NCBI GenBank assembly: GCA_021613535.1 | Contig: CP075493.1 | Location: 8,246,001 to 8,310,000, forward strand | Length of the DNA: 64,000 nucleotides | Source: Adineta vaga | Lineage: Eukaryota > Animalia > Rotifera | Direction: 5' to 3' | In this document: positions 12,361 through 24,343 of the stretch, piece by piece | Position numbering within the stretch: the stretch's first letter is position 1 | Layout of the letters: each line of letters starts with the position of its first letter | Made by a program: the position numbers and the translations under genes | Notes under the pieces: generated by a model | Seen by the model: only the letters and a program-made list of their open reading frames with translations | Told to the model about the DNA's origin: nothing | Database searches by the model: none

Positions 12361-13459
12361 TCTATATATGTATATATATATAGTAAAACCTCTCTAATGT
12401 GAACACCATTGGAACTGTTCAAAAGTGTTCACTATATAGAGGTGGTGTATATTCTGCTGAGAGAGATAATTAGATGAATGAGAAAAAAGTCGAGAGACAA
12501 CTTCGTCTGAACAATAATGAGAAATGAGACTGATGCCTCTTATTCAGAACAAACGTTATAGTCAGAAAAAAATAGGTCAGACATACAAAATGTATGCGTA
12601 ACAGATAAGCAGAAAAATGAATATCTGTTCACATTAGAGAGGTTATAGTAGCTAAAGGGACTGAGAAAAGGTGTTCATGTTCAGAACCAAGAGGTGTTCA
12701 CTAGTAGAGGTTTTACTGTATATATAAAGAAGAATATTTGTTTGTCCGTCTTTCTGTTCGCTATGCATTCAATCCCTGTTATAGCTAACGTCACGAAACT
12801 TTCCACGGTACTTTCTTAAGCGTAATAGAGAGTGGAGAGGAAGCTAGAGACGCTGTTCGAGGTTGAGAGAAGGTAGCTGCGCGAGATTTCACCCAGGTGG
12901 TAATGTGATAGCTAAGGTCATCAAACTGTTCGTAACAATTCCGTATGTATAGGGAAAAGTGGAGAATATTGGACGATGGAGGGTAGTTGAAATTTAATCT
13001 AATTTCGAGCAGCTCATTTGATCGATGTTTAGACTATCCATCTCTTATTATGATTTCACCCTAATCTAGTTGTGTTACACGGAAGTGAGGGCGATTGAAA
13101 ACTAAGATACTCATACCCACGCAATATCCGTTGAACTATAGTGTTTTGTGGGCGTGGGTGTACTCACGATAGATGAAACTTTAACCTAAAGTCTAAGGCT
13201 TTTTAGGTACGAGCTGAAGTTGAGATAGAGTTGGAGCGAGATCTGTACGAGAAGATTTTGCAGCGGAAACTGTTTGGAAACGGGTGAATTTGGGATGCTG
13301 CACGGTATAAGTTGTTCTTTCTTAGATATACGCGACGGGAAATGTTGTAGTATAAATGAAAAATTTCAAAGACAACCCTCAGTGCGTCTCCTGCCGTTTT
13401 TCGACATATAAAGTATTCACTCTAGAAAGATCTGAACTAACATCGGGTACCTCCTCTAG
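12361..13459 (+). mobile_element. Non-autonomous Helitron
   Basis: Inserted between A12360 and T13460 with no TSD. 5' end TCTATAT...TATAAAGAAGAATATTTGTTTGTCCGTC. 3' degenerate hairpin tctga...tcggg followed by tacctcctCTAG. Removing it restores the ART reading frame. Confidence 0.8.
12381..12718. mobile_element. Tc1/mariner (pogo/Tigger-like) MITE nested in the Helitron 5' TA run
   Basis: Left TIR (t)agtaaaacctctctaatgtgaacacc vs reverse complement of right end cagtaaaacctctactagtgaacacc. TA on both sides. Internal gtgttcac...agaggt repeats. Confidence 0.85.
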
Positions 13460-13764
13460 TTCTTTATCAACATTGCACACTAGAAAGTGCATTGTTATTC
13501 TCAAAATATTAAAATAGTTTCAAACGGTTTATAGAAATTGAGCGATCGTCCATGATAAAATTTATATTAGATAAGTGATAGATATCAAATGTTAATGTTT
13601 GTAGAATTTAAAAAAACGTATATAAGTCATTTCTTACACATCACCCATTTAGTGTATGTGTATGCGGAGGAGGAGCCATTCTTCTTCACCTTTGCTTCCC
13701 AGAAAATGATCAGTTGAATCCTTTATACTAATTCTACTACGGATGAAATTTAGACTTTTTAGAT

Positions 13765-15789
13765 ATGAATAAAGACTTCTATTCTACTCCTGTAGTATAT
13801 GACTCCACTACTGGTCTGACAGAATATCCTTTTATGATGAACAATGAGCAGCAATCATTGAGTTTAACTTCGGTATCAAAAACAATTTTCGCAAGTCGTA
13901 TACTTTCAAAATGCGACTCACTATTGAAAAGTATTGAAACAATCAAGAAACTCACACAAAAATCAGGTGTACACTCTTCAATTGCAATGCAAGCAGCAGG
14001 ATTTCATTATATAAACATTGGAGACACGGTTCGTTGTGTTTCATGTGGATTGGAAGTATCTGATTGGACAGCTGACATGGCACCATTCACTATTCATAAA
14101 CAGCGAAGTCCAACGTGCACTTTCGTTTCTTCTATGATGCCTGACCAAAAAATCACTATTTCGTTACCGATTATGTCAACCATCGCAGATGATCAAAATC
14201 CAGCGAAGAGACAAAAGAAAGATTTCTCGCAAGAAATTTGTCAACCTCATCTTCTAACTGAAGTAAACCTATTACAACAAATACGAAAGAGAACATTTTC
14301 ACATTGGCCTCAAGGTGCATCTCCATCCAGTGCACAAATGATCGATGCAGGCTTCTTCAACTGTAATGTCGGTGATCGTGTGATGTGTTTGTATTGTAAT
14401 ATTATCTGTCAACAATGGACACGTCACACAGACGATCCATGTGAAGTTCATAAGACATTATCGCCCAAATGTCCATATGTGATTGCCAAGGAGAAACGTC
14501 GACAAGCAGCATCGATTCGTATAATGAATGATCAAGCTACGAGAGACAATATGGATGGTGTGATGAACAATGATCCATTTCGATGTAATGAGATAGTGTA
14601 TACAGCTGCATGTCATCCTGCTTATATCGAGATTCCACGTCGACATGCATCTTTCGAAAAGTGGACAAATGAAAATCAACCATCTGTAGATGATTTGGTC
14701 CGAGCAGGCTTTTTCTATACTGGTACAAACACAGTAGTGACATGTTTCTATTGCAATGGATCTCTGCAAAATTGGGGTGCAAATGATAATCCAATGATTG
14801 AACATGCTCGATGGTTTCCAAACTGTGCATATGCGAAACAGTTGTGCGGTGCCGAACTATATAAAAAAATACAAGAATCGAAAAAGGCTCAGCAAGGTTT
14901 GATATCATTTAGTATTTATTGATGGAAGGAAAAATTTGATTGTTCATTTTCGAATGTAGAGAAAGCCAAGGCAAACGATTCGAGTAGACACAATGGAAAC
15001 ACAACTGAGAGTGTAGGACGAGGACAGTTGGGTATACCAGACGAAAGCACGTTATCTAGATTTGTGGCAGCTCGACTTGATCTACCCGTTTCTCAGAAAC
15101 TGTTAGATCGAAATTTCAAAATGTCAGTTATCAAGCGTTGTTGGGAAGATCAGCTTCGATTAAAACGTAATATATAACATTATGCTTTTTTTTGGAAAAG
15201 AAAATTCACAGAATTATTATTTTTTTGTAATATAGATGATGATTATATTGATCTATGTGATCTATTCATGGCATGCCTGATTCTTCAAAAGCAAATTGAT
15301 TGTATTGGCGGAAAGAAAGAAAATATTATTGTTCCAAATATAGCAATAAAGAAGCTTCGTGAACGAGAACTAGCAGGTATTTATGACGCAAATAAATTGA
15401 GATAATAGTTCACGCTTTGTGCCATTGCAGAGATTGCTGCGCGTGAACAGGTGGTCGACACATCTTTGCAGACGAATACTTCTAATACAACAGATGTGGA
15501 TATGACAACATCATCTACTAGTAGTACTGGTGATGAGAATATTGAACAATCGACAACAAATATTCAAAGTGAAAAATGTAGCAAAACTCAGAATGCGACA
15601 GGAGCTGGAAACAAGCAGGCAGACAATGCTACACCATCCAATCCATGTGTGTTGTGCCTGGAAGAAGAGAGACGTCTGGCTTGTATGCCCTGCGGTCATC
15701 TGGCTACATGTGTTCCATGCGGTCATTCTCTTCGATCGTGTCCAATATGTCGTACTGCTATTGACGCCTTCGTTCGAATATATTTATAG
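13765..15789 (+). CDS. Inhibitor of apoptosis, copy 3
   Basis: Three BIRs; introns at 14897-14959, 15167-~15235 and ~15377-15430; RING ending CPICRTAIDAFVRIYL. Confidence 0.93.
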
Positions 15790-18207
15790 AACAGTACTGA
15801 TCTTCTTCATTCGCATCAGCTGAAGCTACTTATCGTAGTGAACTATCAAAATACTTTTTCATACATTGTACAACAATTTTATACCAGAATATTTTTTCAA
15901 CTTTTGAACGATTAAAACAGAGGAAAGCTTTTCCTATCGAATATTCAGATGAAGAGTTATGGATAAATATTTAGACATTTTACAATTCAGCTTTCGATGA
16001 CTTTGATTGTATTAGCAGCCAGTGTCAGTTAGACTTCTAAATTGTAGAGAATTCAGCACCAAATTGGCTTATCTCAGAAAAATTTCCGTAACTCTTTTGA
16101 TCTTTCGCCTACATGACAGAAAATCAATTACAAAAAACATTAAATAAAAAGCACTATTGTAGAGAAGGATATACATATAATGTATAGAATTCTCCAAATA
16201 AGAGTCGAAACATTATATGGCTATAGATAATTCTTTATGAGTTTCACAAACACTTCTATTACAATTTCTTAATTAGAGCTTTCATATTACTGTTTTAATT
16301 GCTGAAAAATTGAACAAATATTTCGTCAAAAGCTTTCGTAGTATTCACTAGTTTTCAATGAAATCCAAACGCTTTATAAAAGCGCATCACCAGTGGTTCG
16401 TCGAATACTATCATTAAACTATTTTTTTTTGGAAAATAATGCGTAATTCTGATTTGTTTTATATAAATAAAATTTAAAACGAAATATTATTGGTAATATA
16501 AAGACCATTGACAATGCTCAACGTTTTGAGATAAATGATAAATAATAAGACGCTATCCAATTTTAAAATTCTTGAATATTTTCCAGAAAATTGCAAATAC
16601 TACTTCTGTGATATACAGAGAGGACCTGATTTTCGAAATAATCCGAATTTCATTACGTATGTAACGTTACGTATCAAAGATGACAAGAGGCCACGTTTTC
16701 TTTGGCCTGGTATACAGGTTCGGTTGGGCTAGTTTATATCTTGTACCGATTCTGTTTGCATAGTAAAAGTGAGAAAAAACCACTACTCACAGGCTATGTA
16801 ACGAGTAGTTTTATATGCATCAAACGTTCATGGCTGAATCTACGAATAACATGAAATCAAATGTTTGACAGAACCAAAATATATTATGCAAATATAATCA
16901 ACGCTGAGCAAAAGCGTGTCCATTACAAAAGACTTTACTATAAAAAAGGACGACAAACGATATTATTTGCATTCTTCCACCGAAAAGAGATGTACTTACT
17001 ATTTGTTCTTTTACTGTTGAAACAAGCAAATTCTAATAACTGTCACTTACTTGTATGTGATAACATACTGTTATCAAAACATGATGCAGTCTTCTACGTT
17101 TTTTCAAATTATTTACTGAAAATAACTAATCTTTTGTCATATCAGACCATTAACTTTGTTCTATCCTGTAATAGTTCTCTACGCACATCTACACCCTTTC
17201 ATGTTTTCTCTTTGTAGATTCTGGTACAGGCATCTATCACTTTGTTTGCAAGCTGAGAAAGACTACGAAATACGGTGACTTTTCGCTTAAAAATCTTGAA
17301 TTCAAATAAAGCGTTTGTTACGCACGCTTCTATATTTCACTATAGATATTTATTATTGGTAACAGCTATCGTCAGATACAATGTGACTAAATCCACATTC
17401 TTAAGATAATGAAATTTGATAAATTATTCATTTATGGGAAAAAAAACATGACATTTTAATGACTCATTGTTGAAAAAATCATTGACTATGAAAAGCAAGG
17501 AAAGAAGAAAAAACCAAGCATGTGGCTACTGAGAAGTGTCGCAACAGGAAGACATGTTTGATTGTTGGTGTGACTCATGAAACATACTTATTTCACAGCT
17601 ATTATGCATATAAGAAAGTACTGAACATAACCGTGACAATTGATGCAGTATTTTCACAATAGATAGTGATGAATAATATTGGAAGATTATTTTATTATCA
17701 TAACATTGTAGAACAATTATTTCCAAAAAATCGATTTGCCGCTGACGACACGTTCTGTTATAGTTCCAGATTGCTTATTTAACAAATTGAAAATTACAAA
17801 TATGTTTGAGAACTAAATGTTGACACAACGTCAAAGGTAAGTATTTTTTAAAACAAACTGAATACTGAAGACAAAACAGTGTTGCTATCTATGATTTTTT
17901 CCTTTCTCAAAATGACAGATTTTTCATAATATCCAAAAATCCCTTCTATATTCATCAGACGATATTTCCCTGATGTAATACATACATATATATATGTATA
18001 TATAAATACGTATCATACTCGCATTACTACTATTGTTAAACATATTTATCATTAAAATTTCCGTTGTTTATATTTTACTTTCTCACTTGTTCGAAAGCTA
18101 TAATATTTTGAATACGACCCTATATACAATCTGAATTTTGTTGTTGTGGAATACAAGCATTTGTTGTGGTGTTTACCCAACTCTTAAACTATTTTTAGTA
18201 ATTAATC

Positions 18208-20160
18208 ATGCCAACATTAACAGATTCACAATGCAACTCGGAAGATGTTTCAACAGCAGGAAAAACAACTTTAAAATTATTTGAATTATCCAAAAATTGT
18301 AACAAGTATCAACGCGTACGCGACATATGTCAAAAACTAAACCTCAAACAAGGTGTACACTCTTCTAGTGCAATGCAAGCAGCAGGATTTCTGTATACAA
18401 ACATTGGAGATACGGCTCGTTGTGATTCATGTGGATTGGAAGTATCTGGTTGGACAGCTGACATGGTACCATTCACTGTTCATAAACAACGAAATCCAAC
18501 ATGTGCATTTGTCTGTTCTATTCAATCATCCATTAAAATTGTACCAACACATATGTCCACTGCTCCTCAGTTAGCATCAGCAACAGTTGATGAAGAAAGA
18601 CCGTACAAACGACAAAAAACAGAGATAACAAAAACACTTGTTCAATCAAATGAGTTAGTGGAAGTGGAAAGTCTAAAAGAAATACGCAAATGCACATTTT
18701 CACATTGGCCTCAACATGCATCTCCATCCAGTGCACAAATGATCGACGCAGGTTTCTTCAACTGTAATGTTGGTGATCGAGTCATATGTATCTATTGCAA
18801 TCTTATCTGTCAACAATGGATACCTAACACAGATGATCCATGTGAAGTTCATAAGACACTATCACCGAAATGTCCATATGTTACTACAGTACTGATACGA
18901 CCGTCCATATCAATGGTACCCATAATAAATGAAAATGTAGATGGTAACACTACTGTTCCTGATGATTATATAACCCAGTTTGACCAAATTGTTACTTTAA
19001 GTGTATGTCATGCATCTTATAAAGAACTGCCCAAAAGATATGCATCATTCAGTACTTGGCCAAATGAACAGTTGCCAAATGTTGATGATTTAGTTAATGC
19101 TGGCTTTTTTTATACTGGCACAAAGACAATAGTGACATGTTTCTATTGCAATGGATCTCTGCAAAATTGGGGTGCAAACGACAATCCAATGATTGAACAT
19201 GCTCGATGGTTTCCAAATTGTGCATATGCGAAACAATTATGTGGCGCAAATTTATATAAAAAAATTCGAGCAACACAGCAACGTTTTAAAGGTATAATAC
19301 GTATTTTCCATTGATATATCATACATCATAGTCTTTCTTGATTTTAGAACGTAAAGAATCAAACAAATCAAGCAATCAGAATGAAAACTCAACAGATAAT
19401 TTGTGCGGACAAAAATCGAAGTCAATAGAAGATCGATCATTAGCTAGATTAGTAGCTGCTCGACTTGATTTACAGAGTTCACAAAACATGCTCAATCAAA
19501 ATTTTAGTTTAGCAGTTGTCAAACGTTGTTGGGAAGATCAACTTCGTTTAAAACGTTAGTTACGAAAGATGCTTGAATGAGATAGTATACATATAACCAT
19601 CCTCTTCTTCTTTCGATTTAGATGACGATTTTATTAGTGACACTGATCTATTCGTTGCTTGTAATATACTACAAAAACAAATTCAATATATTGATGGTAA
19701 AAAAAAGAATATTATTATTCCAAGTGTTGCACTACGAAAAATATTTGAAAGAAAACAGACAGGTAATTGATATCAATGAGTTATAAAATTCAATAATTAT
19801 ATGAATATTCCTTTAGAAAGCCTTGAGCACGAACAAACTTCGTCGAAATCGAAAATGGAAGTGACATCGACTATGCATAATGATGCGATGAGTGAATCAT
19901 CAGAATCGAACACGTTTGAAACGAATTCAGAGAATGTTGAAAATTCTACAAATAGAAAAGAAGATATAAAGTCAGATGATATCAGGAAGAAACTCACTGA
20001 TCAAAAATTTGATTCTTGTGTACTATGTTTAACTGAAGAGAAGTGCCTTGCTTTTATTCCTTGTGGGCACGTTGCTACATGTGTTCCGTGCGGTCATTCT
20101 CTTAAATCATGTCCTATATGTCGTACAACAACCAAAGCTTTTGTACGCGTATATCTTTGA
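18208..20160 (+). CDS. Inhibitor of apoptosis, copy 4
   Basis: Three BIRs, three short introns at homologous positions, RING ending CPICRTTTKAFVRVYL. Confidence 0.93.
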
Positions 20161-20274
20161 GACTATATTCGATGATTTGTCTTTTTTTCGTTTTTAATAA
20201 AACTTATTCAAATATGACGAAAGAATAATCTTATTTCTATTCTTGAAAAATTATCTTATTCAATAGAGTTTTAA

Positions 20275-21430
20275 CCCTTTCCAGCCACCTACCAGAAGAT
20301 ATGGCGTGCACAAAATTCTACTTCTTTATATTGTTTGTCTTTTAGATGTGGAGGTTACCGAATTCCAATAATTTGCTATTAGTTTTAGTTCAGATTGTCC
20401 AACGAAAGCATACTTAATTCATCTGTCCACTTTTTACAGTCTTATAAGATATTGGATATATTCCAATAATACTCAAAAGCTTACCGAAATAACGCAAATA
20501 TCTCCTATTTTCTCTAGGGAAGTTCACCAATTTAGTGAGATTCTAACAAAATTTACAGCACATCATAGTATTCCTATTCAGACTATTATAAAATACAAGT
20601 AGTGTGGATCTAACGGATTCGCTCACCTTTTTCTATAATAAAGAAAGTACATCGTTGCATGATTGCTTAGAAAATTCAGCCCGAAGTTGTACGTTTGTTC
20701 CCGAATCAATATAGTCATACTCTTCACAATAGGTTTATAGACGAGTTCGAAGCTTGACGTTAAGGAGCAAGAGTGGTTTCAATGTAAGACAGAATACATT
20801 GTACCGTACAATATTGGAATTAATGCTTTATGTATGCATTTTATAGACTCATCGTAGCTATTTTTCAAATAATAAGATATATTTTTTTACACTTTCAAGT
20901 TTGCTTGGCAAGGTGCTATGAACGTTTATTTCAAATTCTGAAACAATTGCTTATGTTGGGAGTGTCGCATTCCATAGACAACTGCATATAGACATATAAT
21001 TAAGTATACTTAAGATGGAAATTAATGCTTAAATGTATTGAAGTTGTTTTGTGTATGTATAGGAAGCAAGCTCCTTCATATCTTTATATTCAACGAAGTT
21101 GCTTGTTTTTTTTCCAAGTAGTGGTTATACTGAGGATGAATCAACGAACCGTAGAATTGCATACACATGGTATGGTAGGTTGGATATGGATAAATATCTT
21201 TCATGCATGGCTTTTTCATGACACTGCACTACACAATTTGTCTTTCCTTTGCATTCCTTGCCCGATATAAGAAAAAAAACGAACGTACCATGTTTTCGAT
21301 TGCGACGAACTTGCATCACAACTGCGATCGCACTGTGACTCGTAATTGCCAAAAATCCCGACTTGATGTTCTCGGTTATTCCAGTCTTAGTCACCATATC
21401 GCAGAGTTACCAAAATCGATCAGCATAATT
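20275..21430 (-). mobile_element. Decayed piggyBac-like transposon 3' part
   Basis: TTAA|CCCTTT terminus at 20271-20280. Minus-strand relic translation MLIDFGNSAIW*LRLE*PRTSSRDFWQLRVTV followed by KECKGKTNCVVQCHEKAMH, resembling the piggyBac transposase C-terminus and Cys-rich domain. The other terminus was not found. Confidence 0.4.
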
Positions 21431-22627
21431 TTTTAAGTATATTTTTTTTCTAAATTATTTTCATTAATGAACGTGAAGCAGTTGGTGATGAGAAAAAATG
21501 GAGGCTGAAGTGTCACTAAAATGTGGATAGTTATGACTACATCCTGAAAAAAGAATCTTCTGAACTATACTCTAGGTATCACCCTCAAGAGGACGATATG
21601 ATTAGTTTTCGTTTTTCGACGCATATATTCTATTTGTAAAACTACGCTTGATAAAGGTTTATAGTCAACACGTTGAGGTAGTCAATCGCTAAAAAGAATT
21701 CCGAAATAAATGCTTTCCTTCGATGGAAGAATGTTTTGCTTTAATTTTAGAGCACATGTTCCAAAGTATATGTTATCATGAGCATTGTTAGCTGAAGTGG
21801 ATCTAAATTTGTTTTATACTGACTCAACATATATAGTATGCTAGTGATATTGTTTTGTATGTATAAGTCACCGGGTTTTTCGTAATTTTTTGGTCAAATT
21901 TATATCTATGCTTAAAATTGATAAATATAATTAAAGACGCTCGTTAATGAAAAATATAGCGTTTTCAATGCACTTCACGGCGTAGCTGGCTTAATACTAA
22001 CAGAAAACTACGCCAAAAAACTTACGCTTTTTAGATGACGCGTTACGCGTACAAGCCGATATACCAATTTTATTGTTTCCTTACCACGTTTTTACGCTCT
22101 GCGAACCAAAACATGCTGGTTGTAATTTTCCAACTTCACTAAAGCAATAATTGTGACAAAATACGATTCGTCATTTTCTACCAACCAACCAGTATTTAAG
22201 ATTGCGTCATCCAGTCATTATATATTAGTCGTAACAAAACTTCGAGCTTTTCCTTTTCAGTTATGCAGTTTCTAAAATGTACGATAGCATTATTCGATTG
22301 GAAGGGTATGACATCTTCGTAGCAGAGTTTATCGATTTTTTTCCACTACTAACTGTATTTAACAAACGTTTTTATCTATGTCCTATTTGTAATCACTAGC
22401 ACAGCGAAAGCAAGACGTTTTAGCATCGTTCACCCTTACTTTCAATGGCATACAACTTCGAACTGTATGAACGGTACCATTATTGATTTTCATTTGAAAT
22501 AGTTTATATTTCATATGATTATCAAGTTAATACAATGGGAAAAGAATGAATAGGAGTTAACATAGGATCAATTAAATATTCTCTACTTTTCACATAGATC
22601 TTTCTTGATAAAATACATAATCATATC

Positions 22628-24343
22628 ATGCAGAGCAGCGTAAATATACGTTCACCAAGTGTCGAGGAAGCGGTGAACAAGTATTCTCACAACATATCTC
22701 TTGTTGGAAAATTAAAAGAGATCCGCAGTCTGTTACAAAAAAAAGTCCTTAAACAAGGTGTACACTCTTCTAGTGCAATGCAAGCAGCAGGATTTCTGTA
22801 TACAAACATTGGAGATACGGCTCGTTGTGATTCATGTGGATTGGAAGTATCTGGTTGGACAGCTGACATGGTACCATTCACTGTTCATAAACAACGAAAT
22901 CCAACATGTGCATTTGTCTGTTCTATTCAATCATCCATTAAAATTGTACCAACACATATGTCCACTGCTCCTCAGTTAGCATCAGCAACAGTTGATGAAG
23001 AAAGACCGTACAAACGACAAAAAACAGAGATAACAAAAACACTTGTTCAATCAAATGAGTTAGTGGAAGTGGAAAGTCTAAAAGAAATACGCAAATGCAC
23101 ATTTTCACATTGGCCTCAACATGCATCTCCATCCAGTGCACAAATGATCGACGCAGGTTTCTTCAACTGTAATGTTGGTGATCGAGTCATATGTATCTAT
23201 TGCAATCTTATCTGTCAACAATGGATACCTAACACAGATGATCCATGTGAAGTTCATAAGACACTATCACCGAAATGTCCATATGTTATTAAGAGTTTAG
23301 AATGTCGTCAAATATCGTTGTCAAACAACAATCAAAAATCTCAAGTGGATTCGAAAGTTCACGTTGGAGCTCAGCATGACATCTATGCAAGTTCAAAAAG
23401 TCGTTTTGCTTCTTTTGTTACATGGCAAAATGAACAGTTGCCAAATGTTGATGATTTAGTTAATGCTGGCTTTTTTTATACTGGCACAAAGACAATAGTG
23501 ACATGTTTCTATTGCAATGGATCTCTGCAAAATTGGGGTGCAAACGACAATCCAATGATTGAACATGCTCGATGGTTTCCAAATTGTGCATATGCGAAAC
23601 AATTATGTGGCCCAAATTTATACAAAAAAATACAGGATGTTAGACGACGACTTGAGAGTATGTCGATTTGAAAAATAACTACATTGCATTTGTATTCTTT
23701 TCTTAAAGGAAAAACGCTCTGTACGAGCCCCAATTTTGAATGGAGAACAACGAATGATGCTGAAAATGGTGAAAGTTTTCAGCCACATGGTGATAATGTA
23801 TTATCAAAAATGGTCGATGCTCGTCTAGATCTGCCTATATCTCAAAGAATGCTAAGGAAAAACTATGCTTTATCTATCGTTCGGCGCTGTTGGGAAGATC
23901 AACTTTTATATAAAGGTAAAATGTAAAAATACGTTATCATATTGATGAGAACTATAACATATGTTATCTTTTATTGAAGGTGACGATTTTGTTAGTGAGG
24001 GTGATCTATTCATTGCTTGTACAATTCTAAACAAACAAATTCAATATATTAATGGTAAGAAAGAAAATATTATCATACCTAGTGAATACAAGAAAAAACT
24101 ACGAGAAAGTGAACAAACAGGTATTTAATAGAGATAATGATCTTATTCCTATATGAAAATACATTCTATCTAGTAAATGGTGTGCCACCATCTACTCTTT
24201 GCAATTTATGTCACGCAGACGAGAAACGACTAGCCTGTATGCCTTGTGGTCATTTTTATGCGTGTGTACCGTGTGGACAAAAACTGCGATCGTGTATGAT
24301 ATGCCATAAAGATATTGATGGTTTCTTACGCATTTATATCTAA
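22628..24343 (+). CDS. Inhibitor of apoptosis, copy 5 (short linker, divergent RING)
   Basis: Three BIRs and three introns. The last exon goes almost directly into the RING CNLC...PCGH...CMICHKDIDGFLRIYI. Confidence 0.9.

Larger units (their letters stand above)
11328..13483 (+). pseudogene. WWE-domain + ART (R-S-E type ADP-ribosyltransferase) pseudogene interrupted by transposons
   Basis: WWE-like EYSDVNDRIIEEAY...VNLKQFIQ. Premature TAG at 11565-11567 and a frameshift/deletion near 11805. ART core CCAQLYSKNSFLFTSLN...VYRG...FTSC...QEEVLL. Native C-terminus FFINIAH* resumes at 13460-13483 after the Helitron. Confidence 0.8.

Noticed and set aside
17253-17270. ctgagaaagactacgaaa as a Penelope-type hammerhead core
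   Set aside because: It does not fit CUGANGA and has no convincing stems.
16391-22110. cagtggttcg (16391) and gcgaacca (22101) as ends of a hAT element capturing IAP copy 4
   Set aside because: The match is only about 7 bp, terminal bases disagree and there is no TSD.
18353-23141. Duplicated short alternative-frame and antisense ORFs (73 aa and 67 aa, each twice)
   Set aside because: By-products of the identical IAP tracts, not separate genes.
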